Positions 1 to 10,077 of a stretch of DNA of 58,434 nt are shown here, in pieces. Below the pieces are notes generated by a model. That model was given only the letters and a program-made list of their open reading frames with translations, was not told the DNA's origin and did no database searches. Source of the DNA: Flavobacteriales bacterium (GTDB taxonomy: Bacteria > Bacteroidota > Bacteroidia > Flavobacteriales > BACL11); assembly GCA_036012565.1 (NCBI GenBank), contig DASCPP010000111.1, positions 1-58,434 on the forward strand, in the 5' to 3' direction. Numbering within the stretch: position 1 is the stretch's first letter; each line of letters opens with the position of its first letter. Made by a program: the position numbers and the translations under genes.

Positions 1-22
1 CCTCAATAATGAGGGTTTTTTT
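1..22 (+). terminator. Putative intrinsic terminator at the window edge, possibly bidirectional
   Basis: CCTCA-ATAA-TGAGG hairpin (1-14) followed by G and a T7 run (16-22). It abuts the stop codon of the minus-strand aminopeptidase. The stem may extend beyond the window. Confidence 0.45.
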
Positions 23-2423
23 ATGACCCTATTTTATCTAATAATTGCAGTTTCCAATCATCAAGAGGCTTTTGTTTTTCTAACCTAAGAACTTCTTTTA
101 CATCTGATTTTTTATATAATTCTTTCAGATATTTTTTTGCGGGGCCATTTAATCTTCTGTTTGGATTATAAATAGCGTTAAGCAAATTGCCTATTAATAC
201 TTCATTATAGATTTGTTTTGATTTTAATAGTGTTATTGCATTTACTCTTGTTAAAAACTCATAGGAGTTAGAAGTAAAATCAATAAGTTGATCTATGGCA
301 ATAACAGAATCCTTGCTTACTCCATAATCAATAAATAAACCTAATTTAGCAATGCTTAATTTTCTTCCATAATCATTTTCTCCATTTGTATTTCGTTCCA
401 TATCCTGATTCAAGAAATCCGGATTATGTGCTACTAATTTTTTATAAGAAATAGTTTTGTTTCTGTAGGATAAATCGTCTAATGTTTTTACAAAAAAGTC
501 AATAGTTTTCTCGTCTACTTCTAATTTATTGAGTAAAGCATTCTTTACTTTTAAATCATTTTGATTTCTATGCTTTTCGGTAAAATTTGCAATTAGAGAT
601 TCTGCATCCTCTTTTTCCAGCTGACTAATTGCTTCCGTTTTTAGCAAATAAAATTCCTCCGCATTAAAAACTTCAAATAACAATCCTTTCTTTTTAGAGT
701 AAGAAATTTCTCTTAAGGCCACAAGCGCATCATATCTGTCCAAAATATTCTTAGCACTTATTACTTGTGCTTTCAGCATGCTGAATGATTTTTTGAAAGT
801 AATATTTTTTAAAATTTTATTATCAGGATCAAATAAAACAAAATCAACTTTCTTGCCCCTAGGAATTTTTATTTTCACTTCTTCTTGCTTGCTTTCAATT
901 ATCACGTCTTTGCTAATGGAAGTGCTATCCGTAAAATGAATTTCGAAAATGATTGGCATTTTAAATAAGCGAACAAGTTCAGTAGTATCATGCACTTGAT
1001 CCACTATAAAAGTTACTTCCTGCTTAATTCTTTTGTAGCTTACTTCATAATTTGGTTCGCCACCTTTATAAACCCATTGTTCCCAAAACCAATCCAATGA
1101 AAGGCCAAGTGATTCATGAAAAGCGATTAATAAATCTTCTGAATCTACATTTTCATAGGCATGTTTTTCCAAATAATGCTTGATAGCTTTTTGGTATTCC
1201 TCCTCACCAACCACATATTTTAGCATATCCAAAACCATGGCGCCTTTCGGGTATTTTCGCACTCCGCCAGCAAAAGAACAAGCGACAGGATTGTCATTTT
1301 TCAGGGCTTCTTTTAAGGTTTTATCTTTTGCTTTTCTTCTGGTATTATCAAAATAATTTTTACCGAAAAATTCTTTTTCTACCATATAACCATAGTAAGT
1401 TGCGAAACTCTCTTGTAGCCAATGGTGTGAGGAAGTTCTAGAAGTGATACAATCTCCAAACCACTGATGTGCCAATTCATGGGCGTTTACATACACATAA
1501 TTGATGTCGTTAAAACTTACAGAATCTACAAAATAAAAATCACCAAACAAAGTAGCGGTGGTGTTTTCCATAGCGCCATACATAAAATCTTGAACAGGAA
1601 TTTGAGCATAGCTTTCCCAAGGATAAGGCACATCAATTTCCCTTTCCAAATAGTCAAACATTTCTTTGCTGAGACGATAAGCAGAATGGACTCTACTTTT
1701 CCAATCGGGATAATAATACAAATTAAGGGGCGTGCCACTTTCTGCTGTTTTTTCTAAAATATCATATTCCCCAATTCCTAGCATTATCAAATAGGAAGGA
1801 TGAGGATTTGTTATTTTATAATGCCATTTTGTTAAATCTCCTTCTTCTGTTTTATCAATCAAATTGCCATTGGATAATACTTTGTAATCTTGGTCAAAAT
1901 GAACAATAAGTTCTGTAATAAGTTTGTCGTTCATTTCGTCATAATGCGGAATCCAATACCTATTGTCAATGCCTTGCCCTTGTGTCCAGATTTGTTTTCG
2001 GCTTAAATCTTGCTCATCATTCCATCCAATAAAATAAATTCCTTTTCTGGGGAAGCAATAGTAATCAATAGTTACAGTATAGCTATTTTCCCAACTTAAA
2101 GATTTTGTAAAAAACAGGGTGATTCCTTTTTTATTCTGAGAAAACTTAATTTCTTTTTCATCCATCAAAATATGATGAATGATAATGTTAGGGGCATCCA
2201 AATAAAGAGAATCTACTCTTGATAGTAAAGGTGTAAAAGTGAGCGCTACATTACCAATTACTTTTCCAATTTTTGGTTCAAAGCTCACATCTAAAAGTAA
2301 ATGTTGCATATCCACATTATGCTCTCTTGGCGTGAGTTTATCGTCTTTTACATAAGTTCGATTTTGGCTAAAAACAAATAGTGTAAAAAGACAAAAAGTT
2401 AAAAGAAAGAATTTATTCTTCAT
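21..2423 (-). CDS. M1-family zinc aminopeptidase (aminopeptidase N-like), exported
   Basis: GAMEN motif (YGAMENTT) and HEXXH-18-E zinc site (HELAHQWFG...WLQESFA). Start placed at the second ATG (2423), which gives signal peptide MKNKFFLLTFCLFTLFVFSQ. The ATG at 2435 is also possible. Confidence 0.9.
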   Translation of the reverse strand: MKNKFFLLTFCLFTLFVFSQNRTYVKDDKLTPREHNVDMQHLLLDVSFEPKIGKVIGNVALTFTPLLSRVDSLYLDAPNIIIHHILMDEKEIKFSQNKKGITLFFTKSLSWENSYTVTIDYYCFPRKGIYFIGWNDEQDLSRKQIWTQGQGIDNRYWIPHYDEMNDKLITELIVHFDQDYKVLSNGNLIDKTEEGDLTKWHYKITNPHPSYLIMLGIGEYDILEKTAESGTPLNLYYYPDWKSRVHSAYRLSKEMFDYLEREIDVPYPWESYAQIPVQDFMYGAMENTTATLFGDFYFVDSVSFNDINYVYVNAHELAHQWFGDCITSRTSSHHWLQESFATYYGYMVEKEFFGKNYFDNTRRKAKDKTLKEALKNDNPVACSFAGGVRKYPKGAMVLDMLKYVVGEEEYQKAIKHYLEKHAYENVDSEDLLIAFHESLGLSLDWFWEQWVYKGGEPNYEVSYKRIKQEVTFIVDQVHDTTELVRLFKMPIIFEIHFTDSTSISKDVIIESKQEEVKIKIPRGKKVDFVLFDPDNKILKNITFKKSFSMLKAQVISAKNILDRYDALVALREISYSKKKGLLFEVFNAEEFYLLKTEAISQLEKEDAESLIANFTEKHRNQNDLKVKNALLNKLEVDEKTIDFFVKTLDDLSYRNKTISYKKLVAHNPDFLNQDMERNTNGENDYGRKLSIAKLGLFIDYGVSKDSVIAIDQLIDFTSNSYEFLTRVNAITLLKSKQIYNEVLIGNLLNAIYNPNRRLNGPAKKYLKELYKKSDVKEVLRLEKQKPLDDWKLQLLDKIGS

Positions 2424-3000
2424 AGGCCACAACATCTTTTATTTGCTCAGGAAACCTTTGTTTTAAAAGCCCTTCAAGACCTTGTTTTAGCGTTAAAGAT
2501 GAGGATGGGCAACCACTGCATGCTCCTTTCAAAACAACAGAAACTACTCCATTTTCAAACGACCTTAAAGAAATGAAACCTCCATCTGATTCCACAGCTG
2601 GCCGAATATATTCATCCAAAATGTCCGCTATTTTTTGCTCCATTTCTGAAAAATTCAGTGTTTCTTGCTCTGTCTTTTTTTCTACTTCTTTTATGGTTTT
2701 CAGTTCCTTAACAGCCACTCCTTCTTTGTTCAAAAAATCAGCAATAAAAATGCGGAGTTGCATGGCAATATCATCCCATTTAACATCTGCATTTTTAGTG
2801 ATGGCAATAAAATTACCACTTATAAAAAGACCTTTAACAAATGGAAAATTAAAAATCGCAGCAGCAAGTGATATTTTCTTTGCATCTTCCACAGTTAGAA
2901 TTTCCATGTTTTCAGCAATTAAGATTCTGTTGGAAACAAATTTCATCACGGCAGGGTTTGGCGTACTTTCGGCATATATATTATAATTCATTCTTTTCAT
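2413..3000 (-). CDS. Nfu/NifU-type Fe-S cluster assembly protein
   Basis: N-terminal Nfu-like scaffold region plus a C-terminal NifU domain with CxxC (KGACSGCPSS). Start trimmed to the ATG at 3000 (MKRMNYNIY). The longer ORF to 3129 would overlap the murI 3' end. Confidence 0.8.
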   Translation of the reverse strand: MKRMNYNIYAESTPNPAVMKFVSNRILIAENMEILTVEDAKKISLAAAIFNFPFVKGLFISGNFIAITKNADVKWDDIAMQLRIFIADFLNKEGVAVKELKTIKEVEKKTEQETLNFSEMEQKIADILDEYIRPAVESDGGFISLRSFENGVVSVVLKGACSGCPSSSLTLKQGLEGLLKQRFPEQIKDVVAYEE

Positions 3001-3037
3001 TTTAGCAAATTTACATATTATCCAATTATTTTTTGGG

Positions 3038-3838
3038 TTAAGTCCAAATATTAGCTTCTTTAAGTTTGATTTCTTCTTGAAAGAAAAATCGAGCGCTTTT
3101 TTCAAATGCCTTGGTGTAGTTAGAAACAAAAAATTCGTATTTAGGTTTAAACTGATTATTTAGTAGGGTTTTATTTTTAAGCTCGGAAGCAATATGCTCG
3201 GTAACAATATTTGTAGAATTAATAACACTTATTTCCCCTTTATAGTAATCTCTAATTTCTTTGTAAATAAGTGGATAATGTGTGCAAGCCAATATTAACT
3301 GGTCAATATTTTGCAATTCTTTATTAGATAAATATTTTGCAATAATCTTTTTGCGGATGTCTCCGTCTATAAATTTTTCTTCAATCATAGGTGCCAAAAG
3401 AGGTGTCGCCAGTGCAGTGACTATTACTTTGGGACATTTTGCATTTATTTTACTTTTATAAATATTTGAACTAATGGTAGCTTTTGTTCCGATTACACCA
3501 ACTTTACACGAATTACAACTATTGGATACTTTTTCTATTACTGGGTCAATTACATTAAAAATAGGAATATTTTTTACTGTATTTTTTATAATTTCAAAAG
3601 CAACTGATGAGGCGCTATTACAAGCTATTACAATACATTTGCATTTTTTTTCAAGAAGAAATAGTGCAATTTTTTTACTGAAATTTTGAATGGCTTCATC
3701 AGATTTTTCACCATAAGGCAAATGCTCTGTATCTCCGAAATAAATAATAGATTCATTGGGGAGTTTCTCCTTCAAAGCATGGGCAACAGTAAGCCCGCCA
3801 ATTCCAGAATCGAATATGCCAATTGGTAAATTTTGCAT
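3038..3838 (-). CDS. murI: Glutamate racemase
   Basis: Motifs IFDSGIGGLTV, catalytic Cys motifs IACNSAS and ACTHYP. Length 266 aa. Confidence 0.95.
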   Translation of the reverse strand: MQNLPIGIFDSGIGGLTVAHALKEKLPNESIIYFGDTEHLPYGEKSDEAIQNFSKKIALFLLEKKCKCIVIACNSASSVAFEIIKNTVKNIPIFNVIDPVIEKVSNSCNSCKVGVIGTKATISSNIYKSKINAKCPKVIVTALATPLLAPMIEEKFIDGDIRKKIIAKYLSNKELQNIDQLILACTHYPLIYKEIRDYYKGEISVINSTNIVTEHIASELKNKTLLNNQFKPKYEFFVSNYTKAFEKSARFFFQEEIKLKEANIWT

Positions 3839-3847
3839 TTGCTAAAA

Positions 3848-3877
3848 GTAAAAAAAAGCATCTAAAAAAGATGCTTT
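3848..3877 (-). terminator. Intrinsic terminator after the skp/ompH pair
   Basis: The minus strand reads AAAGCATC-TTTTTTA-GATGCTTT followed by a T-run. It sits between the ompH stop (3900) and the murI start (3838). Confidence 0.7.
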
Positions 3878-3899
3878 AAATTTTAGATTTTGTCTTTGC

Positions 3900-4403
3900 T
3901 TAAAGCCCTAATTTCTTTTTAACAAGCGACATCACATTTTCATTTTCATCTGCATAAAGAATACTTCCCATACTTGAATCAAAAATATAAGTGAATTTCC
4001 CTTTTTTGGCAACATCTTCAATGGCAGTTCTTGCTTTTGCTAAAATCGGTTCTAATAGTTCTTGTTCTTTTTTCTGCAATGCATTTTGTGCGTTTTGCTG
4101 GAAAGATTGAATTCTTTGTTCCAAATTCGTGATTTCTGCAATTTTATCTTGCTTTACTAAATCGGTATAAGTGGCTTCGTTTGCCTGATAATCCTGAACA
4201 GATGCTTGGTATTCCGCTTGCATTGCACCAAGTTGAGATTCTAAGCTTTTGGCAAAAGTTTGCAATTCTCCTTCTGCTGTTTTCTTCTCCGGCATTAAGG
4301 ATAATAATTCGCTAGAATCGATATATCCAAATTTGTTTTGCGCAAAAGTGCTAAAGCTTAAAAGTGCTAAAAAGCTTAAGATTATGATTTTTTTTGTCTT
4401 CAT
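3900..4403 (-). CDS. OmpH/Skp-family periplasmic chaperone
   Basis: 167 aa with a signal peptide (..FSTFAQ) and a Q/E/K-rich coiled-coil body. Lies immediately downstream of bamA, as is typical for skp. Confidence 0.85.
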   Translation of the reverse strand: MKTKKIIILSFLALLSFSTFAQNKFGYIDSSELLSLMPEKKTAEGELQTFAKSLESQLGAMQAEYQASVQDYQANEATYTDLVKQDKIAEITNLEQRIQSFQQNAQNALQKKEQELLEPILAKARTAIEDVAKKGKFTYIFDSSMGSILYADENENVMSLVKKKLGL

Positions 4404-4431
4404 CTTTTGTTTTTGTATTAGTTATTAGTTT

Positions 4432-4950
4432 TTATTTTCCTATGTAGCCCATATTTTTTAATATTTTATCGCTTTTATCTAAGTTTGGATTTGAATAGAG
4501 CATTATCAAATCACTTGAACTATCAAAAATTACAGCATATTTGCTGTTGGCTGCCAATTGCTGAATGGCATCATATACTTTATCTTGCAGAGGCTTTATT
4601 AACTCTTGTCTTTTTCCGTATAAATCGCCATCAGGACCAAATCGTTTCTTTTGTAAATCTTTTGCCGATTTTTCTTTTGCAATAATTGCATTCTCTCTTT
4701 TGGTTTTCATCTCATCCGTAAGTAATACTTCCTGAGTTTGATAATCTCTATACATCTTATCGACCTCCGCATAAATGGCTTCAATTTCCTGTTGCCATTG
4801 CTTGGATATTTCATCTAATTTATCTTGTGCCTGATTAAATTCTGGGATATTATTCAAGATATAATCGGTATCTACATAAGCAAATTTTTGAGCTTGTATA
4901 GTTGAAACTGCTAAAAAGCTAACTGCTAAAATTAAAAGTATTCTTTTCAT
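4432..4950 (-). CDS. OmpH/Skp-family periplasmic chaperone (second tandem paralogue)
   Basis: 172 aa with a signal peptide (..STIQAQ) and the same coiled-coil composition and position as the neighbouring skp. Confidence 0.85.
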   Translation of the reverse strand: MKRILLILAVSFLAVSTIQAQKFAYVDTDYILNNIPEFNQAQDKLDEISKQWQQEIEAIYAEVDKMYRDYQTQEVLLTDEMKTKRENAIIAKEKSAKDLQKKRFGPDGDLYGKRQELIKPLQDKVYDAIQQLAANSKYAVIFDSSSDLIMLYSNPNLDKSDKILKNMGYIGK

Positions 4951-4982
4951 AGTCTAAATTTTTAGGGTCACAAATATACAAA

Positions 4983-7514
4983 TTAAAACTGTTGCCCAAT
5001 TGAAAAATGAAACTGTCCGCCATTAGCATCCGGATTGCCAGGAATATCATCATATCCCCAACCATAATCCAAGCCCATAAGTCCAAACATAGGCAGCATA
5101 ATCCTTACTCCAAAACCTGCCGAACGCTTAACCTGAAACGGATTAAAAGAGTCGAAATTGTCCCAGGCGTTTCCGCTTTCCAAAAATCCTAAAATATATA
5201 CCGTTGATGTAGGATTTAAACTAATGGCATACCTTAGCTCAGCTGTGTATTTATTATAAATTGTTCCGCCATTAGTTGCTGATAAAGAGTTATTAGAATA
5301 TCCTCTTAATGCTACCAATTCCCTTCCGTCCATTATTCTTCCATAACCACTTAATCCATCCCCACCCACATAGTATCTTTCGAAAGGAGAAACACCTAAT
5401 TTACTATTATATGCACCTAAAAGACCCATTTCAATCCGGGTACCTAAAACTAATTTTTCGGCAAAAGAAGTATACCAAGTTGATTTCCATTTCCATTTAT
5501 AATACTCTATCCATTTGTATTTTGCCTGGTCATCTAATGTAGCGTAATCATCTACTCCATCAAATAATGAATAGGGAGGAGTTAGTTTCAAACTCAAAGA
5601 AAAGTTAGAACCTTTTCTTGGAAAAGTAGGTTGGTCAACCGAGTTCCTGCCAATAGTTACACCATAACTCATATTGTTAGAATAGCCATTTCTGAACGAA
5701 AAGAAAGACTGAGAATTACTTAATTTATATTGTTGGAAATTTATATTTTGAAAAAGTGTAAAATAATCATCCGGATATTTCAGGCGTTTCCCCAGTCCAA
5801 TAGTTGCACCAGTAATTTCAATGGATTCTCTATCCTCTCCTGTTTGTCCGTTTGAGGAAACAGATTTGTAAAAAGAAACAGAAAGGGAGGTTGGTCTTTT
5901 TCCACCTAGCCAAGGCTCGGTAAAGGAGATATTATAATTTTGATAGTAAACTCCATTTGAAGATGCGGTTAAGGATAGTTTCTGTCCATCTCCTGAGGGC
6001 AAAGGAGTCCAAGCATTTTTCTTAAAAAAGTTTCTTGCTGAGAAATTATTAAAAACTAAACCCAATGAGCCAACTACTCTTCCAGCACCCCAACCACCTT
6101 GCAAATTAATCTGGTCAGATGGTTTTTCAGCTACAATATAGCCGACATCCACTGTATGTTTTATTGGATCAGGATCAATGTCCACATTTAATTTTTCAGG
6201 ATCAAAATAACCCAATTGCGCCAATTCCCTTTGCGAACGAATTATATTGGAACGGTTAAACAAATCTCCTGGTTTTGTTCTGATCTCCCGCATCACAACA
6301 TGGTCGTTGGTCTTTGAATTTCCAATTACCGTGACCTTATTTAACCGTGCTTGTTTGCCCTCATAAATCCTTACTTCCAAATCGATAGAATCGTTATTTG
6401 TAGCAATTTCAACAGGGGTAATATTAAAGAAAAGATAGCCATCATCTAAGTATAATGAACTAATATCCGTTCCATTGGGGTTCCCAAAAAGACGACTATC
6501 CAAAATGCTTTGGTCAAAAATATCTCCCTTTTTAATTCCCAGTAATTTATCCAATTCTTCATTGCTAAATTTCTGATTTCCCGCCCAGGAAATTTTTCTG
6601 AAATAATAAGGATTCCCCTCATTAATTGTGAGCTCAATATTTAAGGTGTTGTCTGGGTTTAGGTAGGTAGTGTCGCTTATAATTCTTGCATCCCTAAACC
6701 CTTTTTCATTGTACTTTTCAATGATGCTATTCTTATCGGTTTGATAGGCACTAGCCAAAAATTTTGATGCTTTAAAAATTCGATACCATTTTTTTTCTTT
6801 GGTATCTTTCATGATTTTTTTTAGCTTCTTAACTGCTAGAATATTAGGTTGTGTTTTCCCAAAAATATTTTTCTTGCTTATTTCCATTTCTTTAAGTCCG
6901 ATAAATTTTATTTCATTAATTTTCACCTTCTTCTTTTTATCGATAGTAAAAACCAAAATAGCAGAATTGACAAGTGTTGAATCGGCAGTTTGTATTGAGG
7001 AAACGACAATATTTAAAAATCCTTTTTCGATAAAATAATCCTTTATTTTTTGCTTGCTATTGTTCACAATATTTTGATTCAGGATCTTTCCCTTCATCAA
7101 TTTTAGTTTTTCTTTTATGGAAGTAATGTCCGATTTTTTCAATTTACCTACAAATTTAAATTTGGACAAACGGGGGTGTTCCTCTACATAAAAATCCAGA
7201 AAAATACTATTTCCATGAATTTTTGTAGCGGAGACTTTAATGTCTGCAAACAGACCTTGCTTCCACAATTTTTTTATTGAGGCACTTATATTTTCTCCTG
7301 GGACAATTATTTTATCTCCTACTTTAAGTCCTGAAATATTGATTAGAGTAGAGTGATCGAGATACTTGGTTCCTGAAATGGTAATACCACCAATAATATA
7401 TTCGCTTGGATTGTTATATTCAATAGTTGATAAATTCTTGTGTAGGGCAACTTGTGCCTTAGTTTGCGTATAGCCACAAAAAAGGACAATGAGTAGAATG
7501 ATTTGTTTTTTCAA
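4983..7514 (-). CDS. bamA: Outer membrane protein assembly factor BamA
   Basis: 843 aa with a signal peptide, repeated POTRA-like modules and a C-terminal Omp85 barrel ending ...HFSIGQQF. The frame opens only one codon upstream, so the start is a TTG at 7514. Confidence 0.93.
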   Translation of the reverse strand: MKKQIILLIVLFCGYTQTKAQVALHKNLSTIEYNNPSEYIIGGITISGTKYLDHSTLINISGLKVGDKIIVPGENISASIKKLWKQGLFADIKVSATKIHGNSIFLDFYVEEHPRLSKFKFVGKLKKSDITSIKEKLKLMKGKILNQNIVNNSKQKIKDYFIEKGFLNIVVSSIQTADSTLVNSAILVFTIDKKKKVKINEIKFIGLKEMEISKKNIFGKTQPNILAVKKLKKIMKDTKEKKWYRIFKASKFLASAYQTDKNSIIEKYNEKGFRDARIISDTTYLNPDNTLNIELTINEGNPYYFRKISWAGNQKFSNEELDKLLGIKKGDIFDQSILDSRLFGNPNGTDISSLYLDDGYLFFNITPVEIATNNDSIDLEVRIYEGKQARLNKVTVIGNSKTNDHVVMREIRTKPGDLFNRSNIIRSQRELAQLGYFDPEKLNVDIDPDPIKHTVDVGYIVAEKPSDQINLQGGWGAGRVVGSLGLVFNNFSARNFFKKNAWTPLPSGDGQKLSLTASSNGVYYQNYNISFTEPWLGGKRPTSLSVSFYKSVSSNGQTGEDRESIEITGATIGLGKRLKYPDDYFTLFQNINFQQYKLSNSQSFFSFRNGYSNNMSYGVTIGRNSVDQPTFPRKGSNFSLSLKLTPPYSLFDGVDDYATLDDQAKYKWIEYYKWKWKSTWYTSFAEKLVLGTRIEMGLLGAYNSKLGVSPFERYYVGGDGLSGYGRIMDGRELVALRGYSNNSLSATNGGTIYNKYTAELRYAISLNPTSTVYILGFLESGNAWDNFDSFNPFQVKRSAGFGVRIMLPMFGLMGLDYGWGYDDIPGNPDANGGQFHFSIGQQF

Positions 7515-7520
7515 TTTTTA

Positions 7521-8255
7521 TTATTTTATCTGTATTTTCGTTTTTCCGAACCTTCTTTCTCTTTTTTGATAATCTATAATAGCTTTTATCAAATCCTCTT
7601 TTCTAAAATCGGGCCACAAAGTATCGGTAAAATACAATTCAGAATAGGCAATTTGCCAAAGCAAAAAATTACTGATTCTTTTCTCGCCACTTGTTCTGAT
7701 TAAAAGCTCAGGATCAGGAACGTTTTTTGTATTTAAATATTGCTGAAATTTTTCTTCTGTTATTTCAGATGGTAAATTATTCTCTCTTTTTTTCAAGATA
7801 CTATTTATAGCATTTATTATTTCCCATCTTCCACTATAACTAAGAGCTAAGACGAGAGTCATTTGTTTGTTCTTTTTTGTTTTTTCAATAGCTTGTTCTA
7901 ACTCCTGTTTGCATTTGTTAGGAAGTTGTTTTAAATTTCCAATAGCGTGAAGGCAGATATCATTCTTCATTAAAGTCTTAGTTTCTTTATTTATTGTAGA
8001 AATAAGAAGTGTCATAAGGGCATTTACTTCTTTTTCCGAACGTTTCCAATTTTCTGTAGAAAAAGCATAAAGCGTAAGGTATTTTATACCAATTTCTGCT
8101 GCTGTTTCCACTGTCTCTCGAACTGCTTTTACTCCATTCTGATGACCAAAAACTCGAAATTCCCCTTTTTGTTCAGCCCATCTTCCATTTCCATCCATGG
8201 TAATGGCAATATGCTTTGGTAAATTCTCTTTTTCTATCTGCTCAATCAAAGCCAT
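7521..8255 (-). CDS. uppS: Undecaprenyl-diphosphate synthase (cis-isoprenyl transferase)
   Basis: Motifs ITMDGNGRWA, FSTENWKR, ERRFG. Length 244 aa. Confidence 0.95.
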   Translation of the reverse strand: MALIEQIEKENLPKHIAITMDGNGRWAEQKGEFRVFGHQNGVKAVRETVETAAEIGIKYLTLYAFSTENWKRSEKEVNALMTLLISTINKETKTLMKNDICLHAIGNLKQLPNKCKQELEQAIEKTKKNKQMTLVLALSYSGRWEIINAINSILKKRENNLPSEITEEKFQQYLNTKNVPDPELLIRTSGEKRISNFLLWQIAYSELYFTDTLWPDFRKEDLIKAIIDYQKRERRFGKTKIQIK

Positions 8256-8279
8256 CTTATTTCCAGAAATTTTTTAGAA

Positions 8280-9134
8280 TTAGTAGTTGCACCTTTCTTT
8301 TTCTGATAAAATCTTGAAAGAAAGTGTAATGCCAGTAAAAGTGTACCAATCTTTATCTTTAGAGTTCCCTCTTTGATAGTCTTTTGCTTGAGGTCCGTTT
8401 AAACTTTTATCAGACATTTCCTTGTGTATTTTATCCCACTCATTCAGATTTCCCCCAGTATAAGTGGTGCTTACATCATCTAAATAATCAGTAAAAGTTT
8501 TACGGATTCCATATTCCAAAATAATATTGAAAGTTTTGTTTACTGCAATCTTAAATCCACCCCCCATAGGAATGGAAAATTGTGTAAGAGCATATTTTTT
8601 TCTGTCTTGAAAAGAGGTTGTCCCTTGCCCTTCAGTGCCTAATGGCTGTAATGCTACCCATTCTCCATGAGGAGCTTCTGCCTTGGGATTGAACTTAAAA
8701 AGAGATATGCCCGCAAATATGAAAGGGGTAAAAGGATACAAAGAATTGCCTGTTTCATATGGCAAAAAGTTGAATTCTACTTGACCGGAAAGCTCGTAAA
8801 TGGGTGAACGAAAATGTAAGTTTCTATTTAGTTTTACTGTATCGTTTGTGTTTCTAGCATCATCTGCTCTAATATGTCCTAAAAGTAGTTCGCCTTTTAC
8901 TACAATTCTTCTGTCGATATTTTTTCGAATAACTATTCCGCCAGAAGGCATCATATAATCGAAATGATTACTGTTGATATCACCCAAATAATAGGAGCTG
9001 CCAGCCATAATTCCAATTTCGGTTGAAGAAACAACTTGTGCTGTTATACTAGAAGTAAAAAATAAGAAAGAAAGCAAAGAAATTGCTAGAATTCGATTTT
9101 TATTTTGGACAATATGTTTTAGTGTTGTAATCAT
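8280..9134 (-). CDS. Outer-membrane beta-barrel protein of unknown function (DUF6089-like)
   Basis: Start at the ATG at 9134 (the ORF-track start is a TTG). Signal peptide ..FFTSSITAQ, alternating beta-strand pattern. Conserved position between nadK and uppS. Confidence 0.6.
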   Translation of the reverse strand: MITTLKHIVQNKNRILAISLLSFLFFTSSITAQVVSSTEIGIMAGSSYYLGDINSNHFDYMMPSGGIVIRKNIDRRIVVKGELLLGHIRADDARNTNDTVKLNRNLHFRSPIYELSGQVEFNFLPYETGNSLYPFTPFIFAGISLFKFNPKAEAPHGEWVALQPLGTEGQGTTSFQDRKKYALTQFSIPMGGGFKIAVNKTFNIILEYGIRKTFTDYLDDVSTTYTGGNLNEWDKIHKEMSDKSLNGPQAKDYQRGNSKDKDWYTFTGITLSFKILSEKERCNY

Positions 9135-9197
9135 AGATTTGTAAAAATTTTCCTCAGGCAAATATAGGGTTATTTCAATTTTTAAGGCTTGAATTAT

Positions 9198-10076
9198 TTA
9201 ATTTCTTTTATCAATCCCCCACATTAACTTACTCCTTATGGTAGAGATAAAAGAATGAGATTGTGGTTCAATAAGATTAATCTTGAAATCGGCTTTTTTT
9301 ATGATAAGCGAATTAGAAGAGTCGAAAGCCCTGAAACGCGAGTCGAGTGACACAAGCGCCAATTGATCTTTGTCCGCTACTTTTAATTTAATAATGTTTT
9401 CATCACTAAGCACAATAGGTCGAACATTCAGATTGTGTGGTGCAATAGGGGTTATTACAATATTTTCAGATCCCGGAATAATAATTGGCCCGCCACAACT
9501 AAGAGAATATCCTGTTGAACCAGTAGGTGTTGCAATTACCAAACCATCCGCCCAATAAGAGTTTAAGAATTCATCATTTAAAAAAGCATCAATCCGAATC
9601 ATGGAGGAAGTATCCTTTTTTACAATAGCTACTTCATTTAGGGCAAAATTTACTTTTCCGAACAAATTATTTTCTGTTCCCAAGCAAAGTAACGTTCGGT
9701 TTTTTATTTGAAAGTTTTTATTCAGCACATCATTTATTGCTGATTCAATTTGGTCAGTAGAGATACTTGAAATAAAACCAAGCCGACCAGTATTTATTCC
9801 CAAAATAGGAATATTACTATCTCTGACAAGAGTAACCGATCCCAATAAAGTGCCATCTCCACCAATGCTAAACAGAAAATCAGCATTATCTTTTAGTGTT
9901 TCGTAGGAATCAAAAACCTCTGGCGGTTTTTCAAACTTTACGTTCTTATCAAGAAAAAACAAATATTCTTCATATACCAAAAGAGAAACATTTTCAGATT
10001 CTAGTCGGCTTACCAAATGCTGAATGTATTTGGTAAATTGTTCTGAACAGGGAGTTCCAAATAATGCTATTCGCAT
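9198..10076 (-). CDS. nadK: NAD(+) kinase
   Basis: GGDGT motif (SIGGDGTLLG) and a typical NadK C-terminal fold region. Start at the ATG at 10076 (MRIALFG), 1 nt after the upstream stop. Confidence 0.92.
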   Translation of the reverse strand: MRIALFGTPCSEQFTKYIQHLVSRLESENVSLLVYEEYLFFLDKNVKFEKPPEVFDSYETLKDNADFLFSIGGDGTLLGSVTLVRDSNIPILGINTGRLGFISSISTDQIESAINDVLNKNFQIKNRTLLCLGTENNLFGKVNFALNEVAIVKKDTSSMIRIDAFLNDEFLNSYWADGLVIATPTGSTGYSLSCGGPIIIPGSENIVITPIAPHNLNVRPIVLSDENIIKLKVADKDQLALVSLDSRFRAFDSSNSLIIKKADFKINLIEPQSHSFISTIRSKLMWGIDKRN

Positions 10077-10077
10077 A

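Noticed and set aside
3001-3129. An N-terminal 43-aa extension of the Nfu/NifU ORF.
   Set aside because: It would overlap the 3' end of murI by about 90 nt, and its K-rich sequence is not part of the Nfu fold. An internal ATG at 3000 gives the normal N-terminus.
7512-7514. Non-ATG starts were considered as a possible anomaly: bamA TTG 7514, trmB TTG 26791, arginase-like TTG 56972, tolC-like GTG 21463, murD GTG 39265, mraZ GTG 32753, hydrolase GTG 12892 and glycosyltransferase GTG 26740.
   Set aside because: Eight of 55 genes is within the normal bacterial range. Each case is forced by frame opening or by conservation of the N-terminus, so this does not count as a finding.
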